NCBI GenBank assembly: GCA_964411255.1
Contig: CAYPKD010000003.1
Coordinates: forward strand, 92,439 to 156,438
Source of the DNA: an uncultured Gammaproteobacteria bacterium
GTDB taxonomy: Bacteria > Patescibacteriota > Patescibacteriia > UBA11705 > DATKZF01
Length of the DNA: 64,000 nt
Reading direction: 5' to 3'
Part shown: positions 38,574-47,831 of the stretch, one piece after another
Layout: every line of letters begins with the position of its first letter
Numbering within the stretch: position 1 is the first letter of the stretch
The notes under the pieces: generated by a model
What the model was told of the DNA's origin: nothing
What the model saw: the letters and a program-made list of their open reading frames with translations, nothing else
The model's database searches: none
Program-made: the position numbers and the translations under genes

Positions 38574-39926
38574 TTAACTAAATAATTTACTAATGGTTTT
38601 AAGTACAATTTTTAAATCTAATATAAATGATTTGTGTTTTAGATAATAAAGGTCATAGCGTAATTTGTTTTTATGCTCTTCTAAGCTGGTGCAGTATGGA
38701 TAATTAATTTGTGCCCAGCCAGTTACGCCAGGCCGGATTAAATGTCGTTGATTATAGAAAGTAATTTGCGAATTTAGCTGTTCAACAATTTTTGGTTGTT
38801 CTGGCCGCGGGCCTACCACACTCAGATCGCCTTTTAATACATTTATTATTTGAGGCATTTCATCAAGATGGGATTTCCTCAGCAGTTTCCCCATTTTAGT
38901 CACTCTCTTGTCATTTGGTGTTGCGCAGATCTGAACATCATCAGCTGAGTGAGTCATTGTTCGGAATTTGTAAATGTAAAACACTCTTTTATTTTGCCCT
39001 ATTCGTTTCTGTTTGTAAATGACTGGTCCGTTCGAATCAAGTTTTATCAATATTCCAATAATTGGATAAAAGCAGATTAAAAAACCTGTACCAATAGTAG
39101 AAAGAAGAATATCAATTGCTTTTTTACCAATCAAATAAATGTTTTGGCCAGGCCGAAGATTATAAATAAACCAGCGCTTATCCAAATTTTCTAAAGTAAT
39201 TTTTGAATGAAGTTTTTCATAAAAATCTTGCAATTCATAAAATTCGCTTTTCATTTTTGGAATTTCAGAAAAGAAAAGATTAATTATTTCAGTGGCATAA
39301 GTAAAATTTTTATCAAGTATAATTTTATCAAAGCGATTGTTTTCCATTGTTTTTAATAGGTTTTTGATTGGGGGCTTGATAACTTGAGTGGCCTGATTAT
39401 CAAAATTTATTAAAAAAGCATCAGAATAGATTATAATTTTTTTCTTTTGCGGGCCATATGATGATAGATCTTCAAATAACTGATGCGCTCGCTGGCTATT
39501 TCCAATGATTAAGTAGCTTTCCTGTTTTTTTGAAAGAATATAAAAAATTAAAAGCCGGGAACTTATCCAAAGAATTAAAAAAATGGCTGAAAAGATAATT
39601 AGAAGAGTCTTTGGAGTAATATTTGTGTCTTTTGGATACCAGTAAAAAAATAAAGTGCTGAGAACTGTTAAAACAACAATTGCGACTAATTGTTTTTTAA
39701 AATAATCAATTCTGCCATGAAATTTATTTAAATGATAAAGATTTAAAATATAAAAAACAAAAAGCCAAATAATCAGCAATATACTAAATTTAATCAGATT
39801 TTGATTAAAATATTGGTAGGAAAAAATTTCTCTATGCCTGATAAAAAGGCTAATGAAAAAAGAGAGGAAAAATATTACAATATCTCCTCCTAGTAAAAAG
39901 TATTTTGATTTTAGTATTTGAGCCAT
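38574..39926 (-). CDS. Polyprenyl-phosphate sugar phosphotransferase (WcaJ/CpsE-like)
   Basis: YKFRTM, LDEMPQ, SVVGPRPE, PGVTGWAQ, DLYY. Confidence 0.93.
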   Translation of the reverse strand: MAQILKSKYFLLGGDIVIFFLSFFISLFIRHREIFSYQYFNQNLIKFSILLIIWLFVFYILNLYHLNKFHGRIDYFKKQLVAIVVLTVLSTLFFYWYPKDTNITPKTLLIIFSAIFLILWISSRLLIFYILSKKQESYLIIGNSQRAHQLFEDLSSYGPQKKKIIIYSDAFLINFDNQATQVIKPPIKNLLKTMENNRFDKIILDKNFTYATEIINLFFSEIPKMKSEFYELQDFYEKLHSKITLENLDKRWFIYNLRPGQNIYLIGKKAIDILLSTIGTGFLICFYPIIGILIKLDSNGPVIYKQKRIGQNKRVFYIYKFRTMTHSADDVQICATPNDKRVTKMGKLLRKSHLDEMPQIINVLKGDLSVVGPRPEQPKIVEQLNSQITFYNQRHLIRPGVTGWAQINYPYCTSLEEHKNKLRYDLYYLKHKSFILDLKIVLKTISKLFS

Positions 39927-40006
39927 AACTTGGTTAAATTATAGCAAAATAAGTCAAAAAACAAAAACCAACTTTTTCAGTTGATTTTTGTGATATTCAC
40001 GTTTGT

Positions 40007-40579
40007 TTATTTCAATTTAAATGAGGCAAGCATGGCTTCAGCCGCATCAATATGATTATTATAGTTGGCCAAGGTAGTTGAATATGACCAGTGGTATAGG
40101 AATTTACCATTTGGACCTGGGATTACTACTTGTTTTTGATGAATTCCAAGGTCTTTCATACTGACCACAATTTGTCTACCCATTAATTTTGTACCATCCG
40201 CAGTAGTATATTCATAATCTTTTTCAGCAAAATACTCATTATTTGAACCTATGTCTGCAGAAGTGGTTTTAAAACCATCGATTACTTCAGCTGCTGTAGA
40301 AAAAGTTCCGCCATTTGATTTGGTTGGATAAGTTTGGATGTTAATAATGGCCACATTTGCAGGATTAGGCGGAGCGTTTTGAATAACTAAAGCATTGTTC
40401 TCTGCAACTTTATATGACCAGTCAGCTGGATAGCCAATTGTATAATTTAAACTGGCTTCGTTAACTGTATTATTAAGTGAAATTTGCTTGGTTTGTTTTG
40501 TGGTTTTTTGTCCACTGCCGCAGGCAGCTAAGGTGAAAATTAATGCAATAGACATTAAAATAATTGGAAGTTTTTTCAT
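40007..40579 (-). CDS. Lipoprotein, PsbP/DcrB-like
   Basis: Lipobox LAAC; YPADW...MLASFK. Confidence 0.7.
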   Translation of the reverse strand: MKKLPIILMSIALIFTLAACGSGQKTTKQTKQISLNNTVNEASLNYTIGYPADWSYKVAENNALVIQNAPPNPANVAIINIQTYPTKSNGGTFSTAAEVIDGFKTTSADIGSNNEYFAEKDYEYTTADGTKLMGRQIVVSMKDLGIHQKQVVIPGPNGKFLYHWSYSTTLANYNNHIDAAEAMLASFKLK

Positions 40580-40668
40580 AAAGTTAATGCTTATTTATTA
40601 GAAGTATTTAAGCATATAAAGTATATCATTATTGAGAAAATAAAAAAACTTCAAATATTATTGAAGTT

Positions 40669-41196
40669 TTATCTCCTTAAACTGTTTGCTTCTTTAGCTC
40701 CAGCCATAACTTCCTGGAGTTGATGGACCAATGAGCTTGGTTTAATCTTTGTTAAAAGAATTGACATTGCCTGTTCTTGGGTGAACCCAGCTTCTGTAAG
40801 ATTTTTGAAATCTCGGAAATGAGATTGCGCTGCCAATTTTGAATGTTTAGCCAGCTCTGGCTCAAGTTTTTCCTTAAGTTCTGCAAAGGCAGTGATAAGA
40901 AATGTAATAACTTCTGATACAGTTTCTTTGGTTCCGTCTTTTTTCCAAGAAGATCGCAAGGTATAGAAATAATCTAATATATTATTCCTTAGAAACTCTT
41001 GTATCTCTTCTCTAGCTCTGAGTAAATGTAATTCTTTACCCAATTGATCAATAGAAGCTGTAAGTCTTTGCCTCTTAATTATATTTTCTTCAGTTTCTGC
41101 ACCATCCCAGCGCGGAAGCGAGTCTCGCTCGTCTCTTTTTTGGTCTAATTCTTCTCCTAGTGTTCTAATATGTCTTTGCAATCTGGTTTCAGGCAT
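40669..41196 (-). CDS. Hypothetical helical protein
   Basis: GGGGG SD; follows upstream orphan. Confidence 0.65.
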   Translation of the reverse strand: MPETRLQRHIRTLGEELDQKRDERDSLPRWDGAETEENIIKRQRLTASIDQLGKELHLLRAREEIQEFLRNNILDYFYTLRSSWKKDGTKETVSEVITFLITAFAELKEKLEPELAKHSKLAAQSHFRDFKNLTEAGFTQEQAMSILLTKIKPSSLVHQLQEVMAGAKEANSLRR

Positions 41197-41208
41197 ATTG
41201 TCCCCCCG

Positions 41209-42102
41209 TTACCTGCGCAGAAACATTCTTTCAATTAAATGATCAGCCATTTTATCAAATGCAGCTTTCATCAGCCTTTCACCAAGTCGTGGATCAGTGG
41301 TCAAACGCTCAGTAAGCATTTCTTGAATTTTTTCAGCAAAATCTCGATCTCTGAACAGAACATCTACTGCCCGATCAACCAGATTAGCAAATTCTTGATT
41401 TTCTGCCATTCGTTCAGTAGGATCAAATCGATTTTGAATGTATTTTTGCATTTCATCTTTGGCTACTTCTTTAATCATATCTTCAACCTGCTGCTTAAAA
41501 GTAAAGTCAGAAAGCAATTGAGAAATTTGTTTATCCAGATTTCTCCAAAAATCATCTGGCATATTTTCATCCCAATCACATTCTTGATTATAATAATTTC
41601 TGACTACGGTTTTGATTTTTTCAAATATAGTTTTTTCAATTTCCGGCTCTTGAATAATTTTTTTCACCAGATTTTCTATATCGATTTGCTCAATAAGATT
41701 TTCATCATCAGGCAAATCATTTCCATCAATTGCAGCAATTGCATCAAACAATGTATTTTTAACTTTTTGAGTTACTTTATCTCTTATTTCTCTGTCCCTT
41801 TCAAATAATTGGGTAAGAATAGTTTCAATGTTGAAATTGTCTGGCATATAATCAATAATATCTCGTGATTCTATATCAGATTCAATTTCATTGGATCCAT
41901 CTTCACGTATTTTTTTGAGAAGAAGTGATTTTACTTTTTTTCGTAAAGCATCTTGAACTTCATCATCGCTTTCAAATAGATCAATAGCGATTTGTGAAAT
42001 ATCAGCATATTCTCTAATAGCCTCGTCGATGTCATCACTATTAGAATCAACTGATGCCAGTATTTGATCAATGATTTTTTGTACTACTTCTTGAGCTGAC
42101 AT
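41209..42102 (-). CDS. Acidic helical hypothetical protein
   Basis: GGGAGG then ATG 42102; recurring [LM]PD[DN] segments. Confidence 0.7.
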   Translation of the reverse strand: MSAQEVVQKIIDQILASVDSNSDDIDEAIREYADISQIAIDLFESDDEVQDALRKKVKSLLLKKIREDGSNEIESDIESRDIIDYMPDNFNIETILTQLFERDREIRDKVTQKVKNTLFDAIAAIDGNDLPDDENLIEQIDIENLVKKIIQEPEIEKTIFEKIKTVVRNYYNQECDWDENMPDDFWRNLDKQISQLLSDFTFKQQVEDMIKEVAKDEMQKYIQNRFDPTERMAENQEFANLVDRAVDVLFRDRDFAEKIQEMLTERLTTDPRLGERLMKAAFDKMADHLIERMFLRR

Positions 42103-42297
42103 TTGTCCCTCCCTTTTTTCAAAGGACAAAACCTGTTTTTAGGCACTTTGCCTAAATCAGCTTATTTTAACAAAAATTATAATTTTGTCAAATAAAAAAT
42201 AATGCGGTTTTTTAGCGTTATTTGCTTAATTGGTATTTTACAGTATAATAAAATCTGGTACATTTAAAATAACTCATAATAAATGAAAGGGGGCTTA

Positions 42298-43971
42298 ATG
42301 TTAAAAGTTGAGAAAATATGCAAATCATATAAGGGAGATCTTATTTTACAAGATATTTCTTTTGGAATTGGGAAAAATCAGAAAATCGCATTTATTGGGC
42401 CAAATGGTGCTGGAAAAACAACATTATTGAAAATTCTAGCTGATAAGGAAAAAGCTGATAGTGGAACAGTAAAAATTGATGATAATGTAGTAATAGGATA
42501 TTTGCCTCAGGAAATTGATACTGTTGGAGATGAGACAATTGATCAATATTTAAAAAGAGTTACTGGAATTGATATGTTAGAAGAAAAGATGCACAGATTA
42601 GAACAAGATTTAGAAGATGCAGAAAAATTAGAGCAATATTCAGAAATTCAACAGCAATTTTTACGTTTGGATGGATATAATTTTATTCAGAAAAGAGATA
42701 TAATATTAGCCGGATTTGGATTAGTTGAAATTTCTTCAGATAGATTAATAGCTTCATTGAGCGGTGGTCAAAAAGCCAAAGTGGCTTTGGCCGGGCTTTT
42801 ACTTCAAAGTCCAGATTTATTACTACTTGATGAGCCAACAAATAATTTGGATCTGGCTTCAATTATTTGGTTAGAAACTTTTTTGCAAAATATTAAGGTT
42901 TCTTGCATGATAATATCTCATGATCGTCATTTTTTAGATAAAATTGTATCAAAAGTATTTGAATTAGATTGGTTTGAAAGAAATATAAATGAATTTAATG
43001 GAACATATAGTGAATATAGAGATTATAAGGAGAAAAAAAGAAATAGAGAATTGGAAGAGGAGAAACAAATAAAAAGGGAGAAGAAGAGATTAAAAGAGAG
43101 TGTTACAAGGAAAAAAAGCTGGGCCAGTAAAGCATCAAAGCAGACAACCTCAGATAAAGATAAATATTTACGAGGATATAGACGAGACCAATCATCCAAA
43201 ATTACCAAAAGCGCAAAAGCAATCGAAAGTTATGTTGATAAAATAAAGGAAGTTCAAGTAACTCCAGAGCGGGGAAAACTGGAAATTCCAATAGTCGCCA
43301 AAGCGAGCAGAGCAAAGCATTCGATTTCATTACGAGATGTTCGGTATCAGTATGGAAATGTTTTTAGCTTAGGTCCGATTAGCCTACATATTGAATATGG
43401 ATCAAGAATTGCAATTCTTGGGCCAAATGGGTCGGGCAAATCTACTCTACTTCAAATAATCTCTCGGAAAATCATTATAGAAGATGGTGAAATAATGATT
43501 GGAAAATCATTAAAGTTCGGTAATTTAATGCAGGAGAATGAAAACATCGCCAAGGAAAAAACAATTTTTGAATTTTTTACTGAAAAAGAGATTGATAAGC
43601 AGAAAATATATTTTATATTGGATAAGTTTCAGTTTTTAGCCAAAGATGCAGATAAAAAAATAAATGATTTGAGTCCAGGCGAGAAAATGAGGATTTTATT
43701 AGCGTTATTTACCGTTCAAAATGTGAATGTTTTGATTTTAGATGAACCAACCAATCATTTGGATATCGAAGCGCTTGAAGCTTTAGAAAAATCATTGATA
43801 GATTATAGTGGGACAATAATTCTTGTATCTCACGATAGACTTTTTTTAGAAAATATATCTCCTTCTCATTTATTTATGATGAGTAATGGCAGTATTAAAG
43901 CCATTTCAAATCAAGATGATTATCAGAAATCATTAGAACGAGAAGCGAAGAAGCTAATAAAACAGCTTTAA
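42298..43971 (+). CDS. ABC-F family ATPase
   Basis: Two NBDs (GPNGAGKTT, GPNGSGKST), LDEPTN x2, no TM, long basic linker. Confidence 0.93.
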   Translation: MLKVEKICKSYKGDLILQDISFGIGKNQKIAFIGPNGAGKTTLLKILADKEKADSGTVKIDDNVVIGYLPQEIDTVGDETIDQYLKRVTGIDMLEEKMHRLEQDLEDAEKLEQYSEIQQQFLRLDGYNFIQKRDIILAGFGLVEISSDRLIASLSGGQKAKVALAGLLLQSPDLLLLDEPTNNLDLASIIWLETFLQNIKVSCMIISHDRHFLDKIVSKVFELDWFERNINEFNGTYSEYRDYKEKKRNRELEEEKQIKREKKRLKESVTRKKSWASKASKQTTSDKDKYLRGYRRDQSSKITKSAKAIESYVDKIKEVQVTPERGKLEIPIVAKASRAKHSISLRDVRYQYGNVFSLGPISLHIEYGSRIAILGPNGSGKSTLLQIISRKIIIEDGEIMIGKSLKFGNLMQENENIAKEKTIFEFFTEKEIDKQKIYFILDKFQFLAKDADKKINDLSPGEKMRILLALFTVQNVNVLILDEPTNHLDIEALEALEKSLIDYSGTIILVSHDRLFLENISPSHLFMMSNGSIKAISNQDDYQKSLEREAKKLIKQL

Positions 43972-44011
43972 AAAAATTGAAAAAGGACACATATTACACA
44001 TGGTCCTTTTA

Positions 44012-45241
44012 TTATTGTAATTTTTTTTTCTCCAAATATTTAGTAAAAGATGTTATTCCGTATGGATCTTTGGCTTGAACATCTTTATGAAAGATATAAG
44101 CCCTTGCTTGGCATTCTCGAAGTCCATTATTTCTGAATTGGTTAAAAATTTTATGGTTTTGCCATTTTTGTAAAAAATGATCATCAAAGGCTGGTAATTC
44201 CCTGTCTTGATAATAGCCTGCAGCAACCAAAGATGGACAAGTTATCATTTTTCCATTCACATCTATCACCAGCCCTGATCTAGTGGCTCGGCATTCATTT
44301 CTTGGCGGAAGCCCAAGAAGTTTTGAAACGATTGCAGCATTGGAAATTCCAATTTTTTCACCTTTATTTTTTCTTAAATTAAATAAGGTGATAATTAAAT
44401 CAAAAAAGCTTTGCGGTTCTGGTATCAGATTTCTATGTTCAGGCTGAAAGGGTTTGAATAAATTGAAATTGCATGGGATTCCAAGTTGTCTGCAATAATC
44501 AATTATTTGTTGATAAAACAAGATATTAATTGAATTGATAGTAAAAGTAGTTTCCACAGCTAAGCCCTTGCTTGTCAATATCCGTAGAGTTTTGTCTACT
44601 TTTCTAAATACTCCTTTACCTCTGATTTTATCATGAATTTTTTTTGTTCCATCAAGGCTAACTAAAAAAGTTAATCTTTTGATTTTGGCTAATTGTTCGA
44701 GCATCTCATTATCAATTAAAGTTAGATTGGTAACAAGATTAATCGCCATTTGATTTTGCTGGCAAGCTTTAATTATTTTCAACAAGCCTTTATGCCTTAG
44801 GGGCTCCCCGCCTATTAGGCTGACTTCAAATATGCCATTTTTAGCCAAAAGATTTACGGTATCAATTGCTTTTTGTGTGGGAACAAATATTTCTTGGTGT
44901 TCAGCCTGAAAACAATGTTTACATCGGAGATTGCACGAAGTTGTAATTTCAAATTCTACGCCCAAAGGCATGTCAAGTTGCCTTTGTTCTAGGACATTAA
45001 AGCCAGACGGCTTTATTTCTTCCTGAATTTGTTGTAAAAATTCAATTACGTCATTGAGAGCCTGAAAAAGTGAAATGTGAAATTTTTTAGATATAGACTG
45101 AGCAATAGAGTCAATATCTTTTTCATGGTTAAAAAATAAATCTAAAATATTTTTTCCAATTTTATTAATTTCAATCACTCGTCTGGTATCTAAAAAGTAG
45201 GCTATATATTGTTCTTTTTCTTGCCTAAATCGCACTAACAT
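44012..45241 (-). CDS. Radical SAM peptide maturase (PqqD/RRE-like N-terminus, truncated SPASM)
   Basis: CNLRCKHC, GGEPL, SLDG..HD.IRG.G; C-terminal CRAT...ITCP...CQARA...DP. Confidence 0.85.
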   Translation of the reverse strand: MLVRFRQEKEQYIAYFLDTRRVIEINKIGKNILDLFFNHEKDIDSIAQSISKKFHISLFQALNDVIEFLQQIQEEIKPSGFNVLEQRQLDMPLGVEFEITTSCNLRCKHCFQAEHQEIFVPTQKAIDTVNLLAKNGIFEVSLIGGEPLRHKGLLKIIKACQQNQMAINLVTNLTLIDNEMLEQLAKIKRLTFLVSLDGTKKIHDKIRGKGVFRKVDKTLRILTSKGLAVETTFTINSINILFYQQIIDYCRQLGIPCNFNLFKPFQPEHRNLIPEPQSFFDLIITLFNLRKNKGEKIGISNAAIVSKLLGLPPRNECRATRSGLVIDVNGKMITCPSLVAAGYYQDRELPAFDDHFLQKWQNHKIFNQFRNNGLRECQARAYIFHKDVQAKDPYGITSFTKYLEKKKLQ

Positions 45242-45302
45242 TGGCCGCTCCTTTTTGGGTTATAAAAGAGGTAATGATGAAATTACCTCTGCCAGTCTGT
45301 TG

Positions 45303-45515
45303 TCATGGCAATTTGATAACACATGACGCCCCCTTTTTTTTGAGATTGAGGGTTGTTTCGAGTCTGATCAGGGCAGACGCGAATGCTTTCCCAGCGTGTT
45401 CTCCTGATTGTAATCCCCCAGGAGAACCACCGCAGCTTGTTAGGCAGCAACCTGATTCTACGGGTTCTGGAAAGTAGCCGCGTCTAAGTACCTTTGGTTT
45501 TTGGTACTTCCTCAT
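45303..45515 (-). CDS. Putative RiPP precursor peptide
   Basis: AAGGAGG SD; MRKYQKPKV leader; GCCLTSCGG; directly upstream of the rSAM. Confidence 0.75.
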   Translation of the reverse strand: MRKYQKPKVLRRGYFPEPVESGCCLTSCGGSPGGLQSGEHAGKAFASALIRLETTLNLKKKGASCVIKLP

Positions 45516-45580
45516 TGTGAGGTCCTCCTTTTTGTGAAGGTTCTAGAAATGGGGTAAAATTTTTACCAAGGACTGCTTTA

Positions 45581-45609
45581 AGCTTATGAAATATATTTAT
45601 TTTTGTCAA
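45581..45609 (-). promoter_or_regulatory. Promoter of precursor-rSAM operon
   Basis: TTGACA-17-TAAGCT. Confidence 0.65.
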
Positions 45610-45643
45610 ATAAAAAAATGCGGTTTTTTCGCATTATTTTTTA

Positions 45644-46462
45644 TTATTTAATATTATTAATAAGTTGTTTAACTTTATTTTCATCAATTCTCTGGTTATA
45701 AGGCTTTATATTTATTTCTTTTTTATCTTTTACGCCTTTTTTAAGTGAAGTACTTACAATTGCTCCGTTTGCGTATTGAAAAAATTCTTGAACATTATTC
45801 TTGTTTAATCCACTGCCAATTAAAATTGGAAAATCATTAACAGAATGTTTAATCATTTGAAGTTCTTGCATATCCGGAGCATTGCCAGTCCAGCTGCCAG
45901 TGATTATTAAAGCATCAGATCCATTTTCTATTGCCAATTGAGCTGACGTTTTTAAATCATGGATTGATAAAAGTTCAGCATGTTTAACTTGAATATCTGT
46001 AAATAAAGCTATATCTTCAGCATTGATTGATTTTTGATAATTAATAATTTGTCTAGCATTTCCATGTATAATTCCATAATCAGTTTTGACTGAATCAATG
46101 AAAACAGGAATTCTAATAAATTTCAGATTTAATATTTTCGCAATTGATAAAGCAGTTTTATAATCATTCCATAAAACACTAATACCAATTGGCAGCTTGG
46201 TTGCTTTTTTAATTTGTTCACCCAAATATGTCATTGAAGCTATTTGTGCTGGATCAATAAATTCTTTATGTGGAAAATCATAATTATTTTCAAAAATAAT
46301 AGCCTTTGCTCCTCCATTTTCAAAGGCTATTTGATCTTTTAAAGCATTTTGTATGGCAATTTCAAATCCTGGAAAATTTTCATAACCTAAAAGAGGTGGA
46401 AAATGAATAGCACCGATTATTACATTTTTATTTTTTTCAAATATTTTTTGAAATTTATACAT
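45644..46462 (-). CDS. BtpA/SgcQ family protein
   Basis: IG.IHFPPL.G, EN.YD.P, DIQVKHA, ITG..TG, IGSG. Confidence 0.9.
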   Translation of the reverse strand: MYKFQKIFEKNKNVIIGAIHFPPLLGYENFPGFEIAIQNALKDQIAFENGGAKAIIFENNYDFPHKEFIDPAQIASMTYLGEQIKKATKLPIGISVLWNDYKTALSIAKILNLKFIRIPVFIDSVKTDYGIIHGNARQIINYQKSINAEDIALFTDIQVKHAELLSIHDLKTSAQLAIENGSDALIITGSWTGNAPDMQELQMIKHSVNDFPILIGSGLNKNNVQEFFQYANGAIVSTSLKKGVKDKKEINIKPYNQRIDENKVKQLINNIK

Positions 46463-46487
46463 AATAAAAAAATAACGCTGCTTAGCG

Positions 46488-46589
46488 CTATTTTCTTAAT
46501 CTTCGAGTATGTTTAGCTAATTGCTTGCCTTTTTTAGTTTTTTTCTTTGCATGCTTAGTTCTGGCTCTTGCTGCGCTATTGTGTCCCAT
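46488..46589 (-). CDS. 33-aa highly basic small protein
   Basis: MGHNSAARARTKHAKKKTKKGKQLAKHTRRLRK; promoter TTGCAC-17-TAGAAT (46621-46649); terminator overlaps stop. Confidence 0.65.
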   Translation of the reverse strand: MGHNSAARARTKHAKKKTKKGKQLAKHTRRLRK

Positions 46590-46661
46590 ATGATTGAAAT
46601 TGTTATTTGTAATACACTTTATTCTATCGTATTTTTTAAATCTGTGCAAGTGCAAATTGTT

Positions 46662-46931
46662 TTATTGGGACAAAGCATTTAAATCGTCAACCTCAATATT
46701 TTGAATATCAGTTTTTAATTTTTGTAGATCTTTTTCTGTTATATCCATTTCAGTATCAGATGTGGCTATTTTTGAATTAGTTGGCTGCGTCTGTTCAATG
46801 TTTGGCTGGCCTAAATCAATTTTAATACCATCCAGTTGTTGTGTTGAAGAAGATTGTTCAGTTTTTTTGCCACAAGCAGATAAAGATAATGCAAAAATTA
46901 AAATTAAGACTATAGAAAGTATTTTTTTCAT
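46662..46931 (-). CDS. Small lipoprotein
   Basis: Lipobox LSAC. Confidence 0.75.
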   Translation of the reverse strand: MKKILSIVLILIFALSLSACGKKTEQSSSTQQLDGIKIDLGQPNIEQTQPTNSKIATSDTEMDITEKDLQKLKTDIQNIEVDDLNALSQ

Positions 46932-46932
46932 A

Positions 46933-47703
46933 TTATTTTGTTATTAAATTAAATGCATGTTCTAATTGCTGCTGTGCGTTTAGCAGGTTTGTTTTTGCCT
47001 GACGCAGATAATTGTTTCCTTCACTGAATTTAATTAAGGGCGTACCAGGTAATTTTACTTGTTTATATGAACTTTCTGCAAAATCAACCTTATCCTGCGC
47101 TGTTTGCAATTCTGTTTTGGCTACATTTAATTTATTTATTATTTCATCACTGTCTGGAAGTTTTTCAGCAGCCGCCCGAATCTTTTGTTCATACGTTTTT
47201 GCTGTTTCAATTAAATCATTTCCAATACTCACCCACATTGATCCAGAATTTCTGGCAACATCAGTTAATAGCTCCAAATAAGACTTTATCATTTTTAGAA
47301 AAGTTGTTCCTAAATTCAGTTGCGAATCAATATTTTTAACATCTGTTCGTAAAGTATCTATTTTTGCTAGATTTGTTTTTACATCAGTTTCAATATTGGT
47401 TTGAATGGTATCTGGCACATTTGGATTTTCCTGAGCTTCAAGTTTTTTCCAGCCAAGCCAGGCCTCAGCTTCATCCAGCGCAGCTTCTAATACTTCTTTT
47501 CCTGTGTCAATCACTGCTTGCTCATTTTCATCAGATTTGTCAGTTGCATAATCAAGCTTTGCTTCCTTATGATCAGCCTCAGCTGCCATTCGAATTTTTA
47601 TAGCATTAAGCCAATCTTGTTTAAGCTGATTTGAAGTTGCAGCTTGTGAAATTCCAGGTAATAACAACATCGTAATTAATAATACTAAAAGTATTTTTTT
47701 CAT
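46933..47703 (-). CDS. Secreted coiled-coil protein
   Basis: Signal peptide, Ala/Glu/Lys-rich helices. Confidence 0.75.
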   Translation of the reverse strand: MKKILLVLLITMLLLPGISQAATSNQLKQDWLNAIKIRMAAEADHKEAKLDYATDKSDENEQAVIDTGKEVLEAALDEAEAWLGWKKLEAQENPNVPDTIQTNIETDVKTNLAKIDTLRTDVKNIDSQLNLGTTFLKMIKSYLELLTDVARNSGSMWVSIGNDLIETAKTYEQKIRAAAEKLPDSDEIINKLNVAKTELQTAQDKVDFAESSYKQVKLPGTPLIKFSEGNNYLRQAKTNLLNAQQQLEHAFNLITK

Positions 47704-47831
47704 ATAAAGACGTTATGAATAGTTGAATTAATATTAACAGAGTATTGTTATTTTTTCAATAAAATTGACAAAGAATGTAAATTTTAGTAAGAATAATAGA
47801 ACCCTGGTTTTTTACAATCAAGGAGGTGAAA

